A DNA stretch of 64,000 bases, taken from positions 498,001-562,000 of the forward strand of contig NC_045697.1 in NCBI RefSeq assembly GCF_009834535.1. The letters are read 5' to 3'. Shown here in pieces: positions 31,201 to 44,060 of this stretch (position 1 is its first letter; each line of letters starts with the position of its first letter). The translations under genes and the position numbers were made by a program. Source of the DNA: Camelus ferus. Taxonomy: Eukaryota. The notes under the pieces are model-generated. The model had not been told where the DNA came from and did not search any database. It saw only the letters and a program-made list of their open reading frames with translations.

Positions 31201-32199
31201 AGACCACACACATGGCCAGGCTGACATCCGGGGCAGCCAGGACAATGACTGAGAGCACACACAGCTGTGGGGTGCGGGGTATCGGCCCCGGCCCTGTGCT
31301 GCGCTGCCCCACCCACTCCCATCCCTGTCCCTGGTCCTAGCCCTGACACTGTCCCCCTCCCCATCCCTATCCCTGGCACACACTCCCTCATGCGGTTCCA
31401 CCTCTTTCCACGTCACCATCCCCACTTTGCAGACACACAAAGAGAAGTCACATAAGGGGCCCAGGACCGCGCGCTGGTCAGGGCTCAGTCTGTGTTCCCC
31501 TAGAGACAGGTCTGTGCTTCTGTCTGCTGTGGTCACTCCTCCAGAGGCTCAGAGACGCTGCCCTATGCAAAGGTGGATGTACTGCACTGACACACAGGGC
31601 AGGTCTGCACCGGCTCCAGGCACACCAACAGTCCACACTGCCGGGGTCAGCTTTCTACCGAGTGTTCGCTTGTGTCTGCTTTTATACAAATGCAGTTCCC
31701 ACTCTTGCAAAGGAGAGGGGGGTCCTGGCGAAGGGAAAGACGGGGCCTACGTGGTGTAAGAACACCTGCAGTCCTCGCGCCGGGAGCCACCATTCTCAGC
31801 CCATCTCTCCAGCCGCGCCGGAAGCTGGAGCTGATGAAGGGGCTCACCTGCCTGACGGCTCAATTCTGAGTACCCGGAAGAAAACCCATCCCAGCCCTCT
31901 TCTCCAAAGCAGGCGGTTCTCCCTCCCCACAACCAGAGGACAAAGCTGCCCTGGCCAATCACAGAGAACAGCATCACCAGGAAGGGGCTGCCTGGGCCAG
32001 GCTCCCAGCTCCAGTCGCTACCAGCTTAAAAAGGTCGTCCTCCCAGCAAGCCCAGGGGGGTGCCCTCCATCCCCTCAGGCACCAGCCAGAGAAAGCGCCG
32101 CCCAAACCCACAGTCCAGGTGCGGCGGCAGCCCCACCTTCCACAGGCCTGGGGAGCCCGCGGCCCTGTCTGCAGGCTCCAGGGGTAGGGCCATGGGGGA

Positions 32200-33900
32200 G
32201 GAAGCTGAGGGTGCCTCCCCGCCCGCGCCCCGAGGCGGCCCCAGCCTGGTGGCCGTAAGCCGCGAGGAACGCGGGCCTGGGAAAGGTGGCACGAGAGGCG
32301 GGCATGACAGGTGGGCACAGCGGCCCGCAAACCGACACCGCCCCGGGCCCCCGCCCGGCCTGCCACCCGCCCAGGCTCCGGGACCGCGGCGCTGCCCGGG
32401 CACGGAGAGTGCCTGCTTCTGACACTTTTCAAAACACGGAGGGAGCGAGGTGCCCGGGAACAAACGAGCGGGTCACGCCTGCTCGATTACTCAGGTGGAA
32501 ACACGATGGGATCAGCGAAGGGGGCGGGTGTCCTGCCGCCGCCTCTGCCCGGCGAGCAGGAACGGCTCCCCCCGCCGCTGACGCATCACTTCAGACACTT
32601 TGAAAGTGGGTACAGAGCGCAAAGGGCGCACAAGCCTGCGGGGAGGCCGGGCGCCGGGGCCGGCGAAGGGGCGGCGTGCGCCGGTGCTTGGGGCCCGAGA
32701 CCGCGGCCCCCGCAACGTCCCCCCGGCCCGCGGGCCGGCCCCGAAGGACGCGAGGTCACCGGCGCGCCGGCCTCCTTGCCAGGCCCCGCCAACTGGGGCC
32801 GAGCCGCAAGGCGGAGGGGCCGGCGGGACATGCACACCGCGTCTGGGGTCCCGGGTGTGGGAGTCCGGGGGTCCCCGAGCCCCTTTGTGTCACCTGCGCG
32901 GGCGGGCGGGGCGGCGGCGCGGCAGGCGCAGGCGCACTGGCACGCAGCTGAACGCGCACGCGCACGGCGCTCCTGTGGTCCCGCCCCGGGCCCGACCTTC
33001 GGCGCGCGGTCGCCGGCGCGCACGCGCACTCGCACACAAAGCCGGCGCCCCCTCCCGCCCCCGCGGCCCCGCCCCGCCCCGCCCCGCCCCCGCGGCCGGA
33101 AATGCGCGCGCGCGGCCTTACCGAGCGGCAGGCCCTTGTTGAGCAAGTGCGAGCTGCCCATTGAAAGGCGCGGGCGGCCGCGGGCCCCGACAAGTCCGGC
33201 GCGCTCCGCCGCGAGCCCGGCGCGTGAGGCGGCCTGGGCGCCGTCCGCTGCTCCACCCGCTCGCCTGCGCCCGGGCGCCGCCGTGCCGAGCCGCCGCGCC
33301 GCGCCAGCAGCCGCTCCACCGGGCGGGGACAGGGCGCGCGCGCGGGCGGGGCTTCCGGCGCGGCGGCCTTCTGTTTCCAGGCGCGGGCTTCGCGCAGGAC
33401 CACGCGGGCGGCTGCTAAGCCGCGCCCGCCCGCCCCGCCCGGCTCCCCCGCCCCCGCAGGCCGCTCCTGCCGCACACAACAGCGGCCCCTTCCTGCCCGC
33501 TCCGGCACGCGCACTTGCTGAGAACCCGCAAGGCCCCACCTTCCAGCACATGCACCTGCCCCAAACAGGCCAGGCCCTTCATGCCCCGCGGATGCACACG
33601 CACCTGCCGGCACAAGAACTGGTACCGCACCTGCCAGGCCCCACCCGCCCGCCCACGCACACGCAACTGTCCCGACATGCACCTGCCCCGCACCTGCTGG
33701 GCCCCACCTATCTCAAACCCACTGGGCCTTGACTGCTGGGCTCAACCTGCCCTTCACCCGCACCTTCGGGGCCTCTCCCATCCCGCACCTACCCGCCAGC
33801 AGCCGAGCAAACACGCTCCTGGGCGCCGGTCGTTTAAATGTCCGGTGGTTTGGGTCCGGTCGCCCGCAAGATCGTGGGAGGCAGTTGCGCAGACCCTCCG
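32200..33900. promoter_or_regulatory. CpG island; probable bidirectional promoter of CTBP1 and a divergent transcript
   Basis: Very high CpG density, GC boxes ((CCCCG)n at 33067-33092) and NRF1-like GCGCANGCGC motifs around exon 1. Bidirectionality is inferred from human CTBP1-DT. Confidence 0.9.
33122..33161 (-). CDS. CTBP1: CTBP1 coding exon 1 (CtBP1-L start, MGSSHLLNKGLPL-G)
   Basis: ATG at 33161-33159; donor G|GTAAG at 33121; lies in the CpG island. Confidence 0.97.
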
Positions 33901-34759
33901 AGGGTTTCTCTGGGAAAACTCGGCCTTATGCTTGGCTTCCAGGGACGGAGGAGGGGACGTGCCTGGCCTGGGTGCGAGGTTGGGTGGCCTCAGAACCAGC
34001 TTCCCGAAGCCAGCAGCAAGGGATGTCCCTGGGCCTGGCCTGGTGGAGGGGTTCCCTGGGAGGTGTGGCTGAAGTGGGTGTCTGTCTGGCCACCACCCCA
34101 GCCCCGAAGAGAGCACCCGTGCTGAGTTCCAGAAGTCCAGAGGGGACCTGGCACTCAAGGGCCACGGGGGCTCTCCAGGGTAGGTTAGCCAGGTCCCCAG
34201 GGCGACGTGGTCCCTTTGTGGGGAAGGGTGGAGGCCACCCCTGGGAGACAGGGATCCAAGAGCTGGAATGTCCAGGGAGTTGGGCTGCTGTCAGATGGCC
34301 ACGGGGAGTTGGCCATGTGGCTGTGCTGGTCAGTAAAAGCAGTAGCGGACCCTGTGCTGCTAGTGCAGTTCGGTGGAACGAGGTGGACGATTCTGAAATC
34401 AGCCCTGTTATCTGTGGGTTGTTAAAATTCATAAATCAACGTTAGAGTGCGGGTGGATTCAATGAAGGATGATAGAGGACTGGGTGTCTGTTTGCAGAAC
34501 AAATGCTTTTAAACTCTCACTTGGCGTTCACCTGTGAAAATACCTCCCAACTGGGTTAATTAGAACTTAGAGGGGGTAAGGAGGACATGGGACATACGTG
34601 TGCAATCAGGAGACCGCATGGAGAGCGCTCCTAAACACAGAGACAAGACGAGTCATACGGAAAAGACAAGAATTCCAGACCTGGCGCCTGTCTTGCCCAC
34701 ACAGCCCTCTCGTTTTCTCATTTAATGTCGTCCAGGGACAGAATCCTTGACATGGCCCG

Positions 34760-35140
34760 GACCAGCTCCTCCACCTCCTCTGGTCCTGTCTTGGCGTCTC
34801 CAGTGCTGAGGCCCAAGGTGCCCCTTGACACCCGCTTCCTCCACCTCACAGCCCTCCCAGAGCCGGGCCACCTGCATCACTTCATCCCTGTGAGTGGTCG
34901 AACGTAAATCAGACTCCATGTCCCCTGCTCCAAACCCTGGAAGGCTTGTCACTGCACTGCAGAGGACATGCAGGCTCCTCCCGCAGCCGGAGAGTCTGCA
35001 CCACCCTCCAGCCTCCCATCCTGCTGGGTGCCGCTGCCTGACTGCCAGGCTGCCGCCACCTGCTCCTTCTGTCTCGGGCCTTTGCACCTGCTGTTTCTGC
35101 TGTGCCCCAGCTCTTCCCAAGCCACTTTCTCCCCTGTGCC
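34760..35140 (+). mobile_element. L2 LINE relic
   Basis: aaatcagactccatgtcccctgctccaaaccct and gggcctttgcacctgctgttt are typical L2 3' motifs. Confidence 0.65.
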
Positions 35141-36909
35141 CTCTGCCTGGTCAGGACAGGCACAGGCTCCTGCCTCAAGAAGAGGGCCTGGGGGTTAGTC
35201 CAGCCACCTGATGGCCCCCCCTACTCCCCACAACTTTGCACATAGCCATGAAAACCCCAAACTGCCTTCAGAGAACGGGCCTGCGGACCAGGGCGGACGA
35301 GGAAGCCCAGAGAAGCCCCTCCCTCTCTCCAGCCACAGCCACAGTGTGGCTTGGACCCAGGACAGAGCCACCCACCCTGCCTGGCCAGGTTCTGCTACCC
35401 CCCTCCTGAGGCCCCTTCCCTGGAGACCTCGCCAGCCGAAAGAAGGGGCCTGGAGAGACCCCATCCCTTCGCTCCTCAGCAGGACCCAGGTTTGCACCCA
35501 GCGTCTGTCCTGGGAACGCGGCCCTGCCTCCCTAACTTCGCCGACTGCGGAAGACGGCCCAGAGTCCCAGGAAGGCCAAGGGTGCGTCTCCTTTCAGGAG
35601 GAGACCAGAGGTGTTGGCCCTGCAGCCCAGGCTTCTGAAGGAACACGAGAATTTTTCTAAGGCCAGAAGTTAATGTTTTACTTTTCTCTCGGTAGACAAG
35701 AAAGGATCCTTTGTCTTTCAGTTATTCTGACCCGTTGTCCAGATAACTGTGCATAATTTATAAAACAATGTGTGGACGTGGATGATTTCCCACTCTCATC
35801 TGTCGCCGTGGGACACTCGCTCTCCGTTTGCTCAGTGGTCCCCAAGGGCGTGCAGAGCCCCCAGGGAAAGCTGTCTCTCCTGTGGGCCTTGGTCCAGCTC
35901 AGGGTTGAATCAAGTGGCTCTGACGCCCTGGCGGATGTCAGGGCCTGCCTGCCGCTTCCACATTCCCTGCCCCAGGGCCAGTGTGCCTGAGACCGCGGGC
36001 GGCCCGGGCCTGTGCAGGCTGCAGAGAGGAGAGCGGCGGGGCTGACGGTGGGCTCGGGGGGGTCCTGCAGGAGGGGACAGGCCTTGAGTCCTTAGTGGGG
36101 AAGGCGTGGCCCTGCAGAGATCTGGGAAGATAGTATTCCAGAAAAGGGAGCGGTAAACCCGAAAGCCTACAGGAGCCTGGAATGGAGGGCAGCGCCTGGG
36201 GAGGTGGGCGGCACCGTGGGCTTGCCAGGCCAGGCGCTGGGGCTCTCTGCCTGGCTGCCAGAGGGGTGTCGGAGATGGTGGGGAGCACAGGGCAGGGACC
36301 CCACCTGGCAACCCAGGAGAAAGCCAACAGCAGTGGGAGAGGCCAGCTGCTCAGGGGCTGCAGGTGTGCGGTGGGGTAGGGAGGGGTTGGCGGGGCCGCG
36401 GTGTGCCACACGCTCTGAATCTGACTTCGGACTCCAACACGTGGGGGTCCCTAGAAGCAAGCCATCCCAGGCCAGAATTAAAGCTTTTTTCTGGGATCCC
36501 TTTCATCAACAAATTCCTTTTGTAGCTGGAGTGGAGCCAGGGAATTTCACAGGCACGAGAGACTGAGCTAGAGATGAAGTGGGCAGAGGCCCGCACGTCC
36601 CTCAGCTCTGCTCTCGGCAGCCTCGCTGTGCAGGCCTTGTCACTGCTGTCACATGCCTCCTATTTGGCCCCGACACCGCTTGCCCTGTCCTGCTGCCCCT
36701 GAGCACTGCCTTCTCGCATTGGGGTTATGACCACCGGGCTCTGCCTGCCCCCCACACTTGTGACCAGAGCTGCAGTTCCAAGACCCAGATGTGACCGCGT
36801 CGTGCACGAAGGTGTCCCAGCTTTGTGCAGCATGGCTCTGCTCCCGGCTCCCCTGCCCGCCTCTCTGACCTCTGTCCCGCCTTCTGGCCCAAGACGAGCA
36901 GATGCCGTC

Positions 36910-36992
36910 AGCATGTGCGTGTATGCAAACGTGCACATGTGTATGTGTGTGCCATGTGTGTACACGTGCGGGTGCATGCCTGCGTGTGTGCC
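36910..36992. repeat. Degenerate (TG/CA)n tract
   Basis: gcatgtgcgtgtatgc...gtgtatgtgtgtgccatgtgtgtacacgtgcg. Confidence 0.75.
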
Positions 36993-37895
36993 GGCAGCCT
37001 GGGCCCTGCTTCCCTTCTCCTGTGCCTGGTCCTGCCACATGTCTGGGCATAGGAGGCGGGAAAGCCACAGCCCCAGGGGACAATTTAGGGCTGGGAGAGG
37101 TCACCTCCACAGAGAACCACGGAAAAACATTTGTAAACAGATGCTTCTTAATAGGGCCCCAAGTCCTCGGCCCTGAATTCAACTTAAATATCTGTGCCGG
37201 CCACAGTGTGGCAGCAACACTCCCCTCCAAGTTGGTGCCTCTCGCACTGGTCCTGACCAGCAAGGACGTGGCATCTACTGCCCCCATGGGCCCAGGGCAC
37301 CTCTGATTCTGGTGCCCGGCTGTGGGTCAGCACGTCTGCCCCAGCCCAGCCCCAGGCATCACGTCTGTCGGTCAGTAAGGCCACAGCCTCACCTCCCCAC
37401 CTGTGAGAGCAGGACCAGAGTGCCCGGGGACTGTGGGCGGGAGGCTAAAGGACGGCCTTGGGCCGCCAGCAGGACACATGGCAAGGACTGCCAGGGAGCA
37501 AGATCACCCGTTGAGGCCGAAATGGATGAGCACCTACAATGTCTGTCACCCAAAGAATGACAAGAGGCACACAACCGCTCTGACTCCTGCAACACGCAGG
37601 GTTTCCGTCACAGGATGAGGGAAAGGGCGCCGTCTGCCTTCAGGGAGGTCTCCAACACGGAGGCACTACCAGGCCCTGGGAGACCGACGAGGGTGGTGTG
37701 GCTGGGCGCGCGCCGGACACAGACGTCCGCCTGCTTCTTGGAGAAGGCGCTCTTAGTGAGCACGGGGACGTGACCTCAGATATCTGGGCAGGAGATGTCC
37801 CGGCCAACCCAGAGTTCCTCTTGAGACAGGTCACATTTGGTCAGTTTAGCAGACACATGGAACTTACAAGTCAATTGCTGAGTTTTTGATAACAG

Positions 37896-38340
37896 TGTTG
37901 TGGATTGAATTGCCCCCACCCTGCCGGTTTGTATGTTGGGGTCTCAACACCCAGTACCTCACAATGTGACCTTATTTGGAGGTAGGGTCTCTGCAGATGA
38001 GCAAGATGAGGTCGGTAGGGTGGGCGCTGATAATGACTGATGTCCTTACAAGAAGAGGAAAAGAGATATCAGGGCAGATGTACAGGGGAGGGCCACAAGG
38101 AGACGGAGGCAGAGACGGGGTGCTGGTGTGCAGGAAGGACAAGGAGCACCGAAAGTTCCAGCAACCCCTGGCGCAGCAGGGAGGCTGGGGCCGCTTCTCC
38201 TCAGGCCTCAAGGAGGAGCCTCCCCACTGACACCTTGATCTTGGACTTCTGGCTCTGGAACTGGGGGACAATAGACTTCTGTGATGTGAGCCACCTGGTT
38301 TGTGGTGCTTTGATGTAGCAGCTCCTAGAAAACCATAACA
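37896..38340 (+). mobile_element. MaLR MLT1-type solo LTR
   Basis: tgtggattgaattg...tgtgaccttatttggaggtagggtct...gacaccttgatcttggacttctggctc...gcagctcctagaaaaccataaca. Confidence 0.88.
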
Positions 38341-39299
38341 GGGAGTGAATGGCAAATGTTCTGAAAACACGACTAGAAAATGACCTTAGAAATAAATCAC
38401 AAGTAGACTTCTGCTGGCCTTACCTGTGCTGGTGAACTTGCAAAGAGAGAATGGGAGCAGCAAGCTCTCAGCGTGGAGCCGAGCGCATGAGGAAGTCCGG
38501 GTGTGAGCGAAACCAGAACCGGCAGGGTGAGAGCAGAAGCAGGCAGGAGGGTGTTGGTCTCAGCACTGAGTTTGCCAGGTGTGCACAGGTCACCTGTGAC
38601 ACTGTGCGCTGCAGATAAGAGACCTCAGCATCTCGGGGAGTGAGTCTTGACACCCTTGCTGGCCCGTAAGACAGGGCACTCGTAGGGCGAGAGCCTTGGA
38701 GGAACACGAACAAGGAGGCTTGTGTTCCTGGCCTGCTCAGACACAGCTCTGGGGAGAGTTGATGACCAGGGCTCAGAGCCTCCCTGGAGCTTAGAGTTTA
38801 ATTTTCACGGGTGTCCCAGTCCAGACCCCATCAGCCCTGCAGCAGACAGATCATCAAGCAACCTGGGCCTATGCCAGTCATACCCACGGGGCCCGGGAGA
38901 GAAGCAAACATATGACCACTGGGAGCGAGAAACTCCCCATCCAGTCCCATCGAATTCCTACCGGCAAAGACGAGCTCACAATCAGAAAGTGCACAACACG
39001 CGGGAGAGGGCCACCAGCAGGGGCAGCAGAGCGCGAGGGGCGAGCCGAGCTGAGACCCGGTTGACTGTGGAGGGTGGATGGAGTAAGAGGATCATAGGGC
39101 AGGGGGTCGGGGAGGAATGGGCGAGTGGGGGCCCAGTGGGGCATCTGACAGGGGACAGCACTCGCTGAACGGTGCTGACTGTGGCTGGAGTGGTGGGGCC
39201 CCGCTGAACACCGGGCTTGCCAGTGGAGGAGAGGGCACACGGAAGGTCCAGAACCCTACGGGGCCTCCACGCATGAGAGGGAGGGGGGCCCAGTGTGCA

Positions 39300-40100
39300 G
39301 AGGGAGGGCACCGGGAATTCTCCTCCTAGCTGAAAGATACGACTTGTCAGATTTGGGAATACCTGAGTGTAAGGCTGGAAAAAAAATGAACCTACCTTGG
39401 ACATTTGAGAGCAAAGCCACAGAGGAAAGTCCTAATGTGGCAAGACTGAAGAAGAAACGGGGAAAGAAGGCTTCCCTAAACAATATTAGGAATGAACAAT
39501 GAGATGTAATCACAGATAAAACAGGCTTTTAAAATGAAAAGAAATATCCTAACCAATTTTTGCCAACAAATTCAAAGCTTAAATAAAATATACTGATATT
39601 CTGCTAAAATTAAACGTATCAAAACTCACTCAAGAAAAAATAAAATATCCACAAAATCCAATAATCACAAAGAAATGAAAGCATAGTGTAAAATCTACCC
39701 CATCCAAAAAAACCAGATGCAGATGGTTTAAAAAAGTTCTATCAAATATTTAAACACCAGGTAATCCAAATCTTCTAACAGTGTTTCAGATAATTATGAA
39801 GTATGGAAGCTACCCAGGTAATATTGAGAGAGCCAACGCAGATCATGTTACAGGAAAAAATTTTAAATATAGATTAATTATATTTAGAAACAGAAGTACA
39901 AAATTATCAAATAAGATATTATCAAGCCAAATCCAATAAAATGCACAAAATAATAATTACACCAAATTTGGTTTATTTCAGGAATGTAAGGATGACTTAA
40001 ATGTATTAACATTTATCACACATGTATAATCAAGGGAATTTTTTCATTGAATGATCACAATAAATATCAGAAAAAATATTTGATAAAATCTAACAAAATA
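39300..40100 (+). mobile_element. L1 ORF2 fragment (old, disrupted)
   Basis: A-rich; tgccaacaaattc, aaaactcactcaagaa, tttatttcaggaatgtaaggatg. Confidence 0.8.
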
Positions 40101-40555
40101 TTTTTTCATTGAGGTTAAAGTGATGTAACATAAAATTCAGTCATTTTAAGGTAGACAAATCAGTGGCTTCCAGTATAACCGTCATGCAACCATTACCACA
40201 TATGATTCTAGACCGTTTTCATCACCCCAAAAAGAAGTCCTACACCTACACACAGCAGGCACTTAACTCCCCCTCCCTTCAGACCCAGACAAGCATTAAT
40301 CCACTTTGCAGATTAATCTCTGTGAAACTGCCTATACTAGACATTTCACACATGTTGAATCATACAATACGCAGCTTTTTGTGTCTGCTTTCGTTCAGCA
40401 TAATGTTTTCAAGGTTCATGCACGCTGCAGCATGTGCTGGTACTTCCATTTCTTTTTATGGCTGAATGCAACGCCATTGTCTGGGTACACATTTTGCTAG
40501 TCCATTCATCAGCTGGTAGACATTTGGGTTGTTTCCACTTTTTTGGCTGCCTTTT
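40100..40555 (-). mobile_element. L1M 3' end fragment
   Basis: ttcagcataatgttttcaaggttcat...tccattcatcagctggtagacatttgggttgtttccac. Confidence 0.85.
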
Positions 40556-40969
40556 TTCACTGTGGAGTTCAATCCACTTATATTTAGAGGAATTACTGAT
40601 AAATCCATAGGAGATTGGTTTTATATTTAGATTTCTATAACTGGTTGTATCAATATACTTAAATTCTGAGAAGACCCCTCCCCTGTCTCATAGACAGGGC
40701 AGGATTCACCTGTGTTTCAAGTTGTGCTCATCAGCCTGTTAAGAAACTGACAATGTCCACTTTATCTTTTTGGTCTTGACTATGCCAGCTTAATCAAAAT
40801 TCTTGGTATCTAAAATATTGCCTTCGGCTTAATGAAAGGCATTTTACTCTGGTTTATGTACAACATCAAATAAAGAATATTTAGCACTTCTCAAAGTACA
40901 GATGATCTTTAAAACCGTGCTTTTTAAATCTGGGTGTCAAGATACGTCAGGAATCTTTGCTGGTGAATT

Positions 40970-41148
40970 CTTTTTCTCTTTCTTTCTTTTTTCTCTCTTT
41001 TTTTTGAATTAAAGTATAGTCAGTTTACAATGGTGTATCAATTTCTGGTGCACAGCCTAATGTTTCAGTCAGACATATACGTACGTATATTTCTTTCATA
41101 TTCTTTTTCATTCTAGGTTACTACAAGATACTGAGTATCATTCCCTGT
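40970..41148 (-). mobile_element. Young, 5'-truncated L1 3' end with polyT
   Basis: ttgaattaaagtatagtcagtttacaatg...tcattctaggttactacaagata; imperfect TSD gctggtgaattc / gcttgtgaagtc. Confidence 0.85.
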
Positions 41149-43495
41149 TGCTTGTGAAGTCTTTGCAAAGGCAGACTAAGTTATAATCCAGGTTCACGTC
41201 TCAAGCAGGTATTCAAAACACAGCCGTAGAGCTACTGGAGACGTGTGGTTGGTAAGGGTGCTTTTACCAACTCATTAGAAGGACTGAAATGAAGCTATCC
41301 TCTCAGCACAAATTTGTCAATTACTGGATCATAAGATCTAAGAATCAAAAACAAAAACAGATCAAAATAACAAGCAAACAAACAAACAAAAAAGCTTGAA
41401 AGAAAGTAGCAAAACTATAATTGTAGGTTACGTGAAATCTACCCAGAAAATTTAAAGTCTGCAGACTAACATTAGAACTAATAAGATATCTTTAAACTCA
41501 AATGTTAGGACAATTAGAAAACGTGATCTTTTGAAAAAAGATACAGCAGCCAGGACTGTCTGGAGCAGAAGCCACCCGCAGATGGCTCCCTTTCCAGCCC
41601 CTGCTCTCTCCCCCACCAGCAGAGTCCTGGGGCCATTTAACGTGGTGGGGCTGCTTCCTGGCCAACAGTCCCCAGGACGCCCTCCCCCCACCTCCTGAGC
41701 TTCCTGCCCTCGTGAGGTTCCCTCTCCCTGGACGTTTTCACCAGCTGCACAGGGCAGACCTGGTGGGAGGTCACGTCCACAAAGGTGACACTTGAGCTTG
41801 CAACACCCACCTTGCCCAGTGACTCTGTCCCTGCTGGTTCAGGGACTGTCCAGGGGGAGGTGCTGGCGGTGGCCTGCATCTGACAGCCAGCAGGAAATGG
41901 AGGCCTCAGTCTAAATGCCGGTGGCCACAAGACAGTGTGGGATGGACGCTTCCTGGCCGAGCCTCAGAGGAGACCCAGCCGGCTGACCCCACCCCAGGGT
42001 CCTGGGGCACCTGAAGCTGAGAGCTCAGCTCAGCTGGGCCACCTCCTGCCCACAGGGGCTGTCAGAACCATGCACTGAGATCTGGGTTAAGTCACTGATT
42101 TGTCAGTTACACAACCAGGCTGACCAGCACGCGGATACCGCGACACACTGGGGTGCTGGCCACAGGTGCAGGAGGGCTCCCCGGAGAGCAGGGAGGGCCT
42201 GCAGAAGCGTGATCAGAAAGACATCCTTTTTGTTTTAAGCCTTTGATATTTGGGGCTCTTGGTTACACTGCATAACCTGCCTGATTACTACTGTTCATCG
42301 TTTCTCAAAGATAAATGGGCTTGCACAGATGAAGAACACATGTGTGGGGGGCCGAAGTGCTCCCACAGCCGGAGGGAAGTCCCTCTTGACAGAGGCTGTG
42401 GCCCTTGCTGGAGGATGCGGGCAGCCCCGGGTGACCCGGCAGGACCCGCCGGGAGGACCGGGGGCTGAATGCCGTCCCCTCACCTGACGCCCTGCCCGCA
42501 TCCTGCAGGTCCCACCCTGCCCCATGCGTGGGCCCTCCTGGGGCCGGGGCCGGGGACCTGGGAGCCACAGGGCTGCAGGTGGCAGCTGCTGACAGATACT
42601 CTTTTGGAAAGGGCCAGTGGTGTCCTCAAGGTTGACCCAGGTGAGACAAGATTCAAGTTCTCGGCAACGCAGGGACTGTCTGAAACCTTGTCCACAGGGG
42701 CCGCCCAGCTCCACTTCCAGTGCCTGAACCACAGGGATGCCATTTTGATTTTTTTTTAAATCATCTTCATGTGTTCTCACCTCCCACCCCCCTTTCTCCT
42801 TCCCTCCCTTCCCCCAGCTATGGCAGGAGTTTGGGGTGTCAGAGCACCCCAGCACACAGTTGTGAAGACACAATTTAGCAAACGCCCAGATGACCCTGCC
42901 TGCAGGGTGGAGGTCAGACGCGGACGTCAGACGCGGACGCGAGAACCATCACCACGGCAACAGCTTCCTGCCACCTCCAGCAGGATAAGTCCTCAGCTCA
43001 GCAGAGATCCAAGGCTGTCTGTGAAGGGAAAGATGGGGTTTCAGACGTTAGAGGTGTTTGCAGGCAGTTGGCCACCTGAAGTGGGGGCTCCCCTCTGGGA
43101 GCCTGGCCCAATGTGATGCTCAAGGGCAGGTCCCCCCCACCATCGGCACCCCAGGGAACCTCTCAGACCCAGCTGGAGGCAGATGGCTGGTTCTCCCCCC
43201 AGCCAAGCAGCTGCGTGACACCCAGGCCTGGACCCGAGGCCGGAGTCATGGAGAACAGACAGCGATTTGCCCAGACCCACAAATACAGAAAGTTGTGGCT
43301 ATAGCACAGACCATGGATGCCCCTGAGCTGGCAAGTTAGAAGCAACAGTGAGCCACATGGATAGGGGGCTAGGGGAGGTGGACAGATTGAAGGGAGGGTC
43401 TGGGCAGCATGAATGCATGGGCTCCAGGCAACATGGAAGGTAACTCGGGCTCCCAACCATCCACAGCAGAAACCTGTCTCTAAGAAAACCCAGAC

Positions 43496-43639
43496 CCAGA
43501 TGAACTACTCAACATCTTGTGGTAACCTTTTATGAAAATGGTATGTGTGTATATGTGCATGACCAGGACACCATGCTGGACACCAGGAACTGACATGTTG
43601 TAACTAGCTGTATTTCAATAAAAAAAGAAAAATTAAGAA
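43496..43639 (+). mobile_element. Young 5'-truncated L1 3' end with a 14-bp TSD
   Basis: TSD aagaaaacccagac at 43482-43495 and 43640-43653; AATAAA plus A tail. Confidence 0.85.
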
Positions 43640-43659
43640 AAGAAAACCCAGACAGACTT

Positions 43660-44060
43660 TGATGAGTTGGTGTGCGTCCCCCCAGAAGATATGCTCGAGT
43701 CCCAGCTCCCCTCCTCTGCACGCACGCGGCCTTGCTGGGAAACAGGGTCCCTGCGGACGCCGTCACTAAAATTAGGTGGTCAGGTGGCCCTGCCCTGACA
43801 TGACAGGTGTCCTCATAAGAAAGGAGACCTGGACAGAGACACACAGAGGAGGCCACGTGGGGATGGAGGCGGCGGTGGGGGAGCAACGCGGCTGCTGGCC
43901 ACACCAGGAGCTGGATGAGGCAGGAAGGACTGTCCCTCGAGCCACCCAGGGAGTGTGGCTCCCTTGGCCTCTGGCTTCCGGCTCCAGGACAAGAGAAGGA
44001 GCCCTGGCGTGCGGTGTTTTGCAGGGCCCCTCGGAGGCTGCTGAGAGAGCCACTAACTTG
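43660..44060 (+). mobile_element. MaLR MLT1-type solo LTR
   Basis: ccccagaagatatg...ggaaacagggtc...ggtgtcctcataagaaaggagac...acacagaggaggccacgtg. Confidence 0.8.

Noticed and set aside
32311..33732. 473-aa plus-strand ORF and overlapping 308/321-aa minus-strand ORFs
   Set aside because: Stop-poor CpG island; only 33122-33161 is supported as coding
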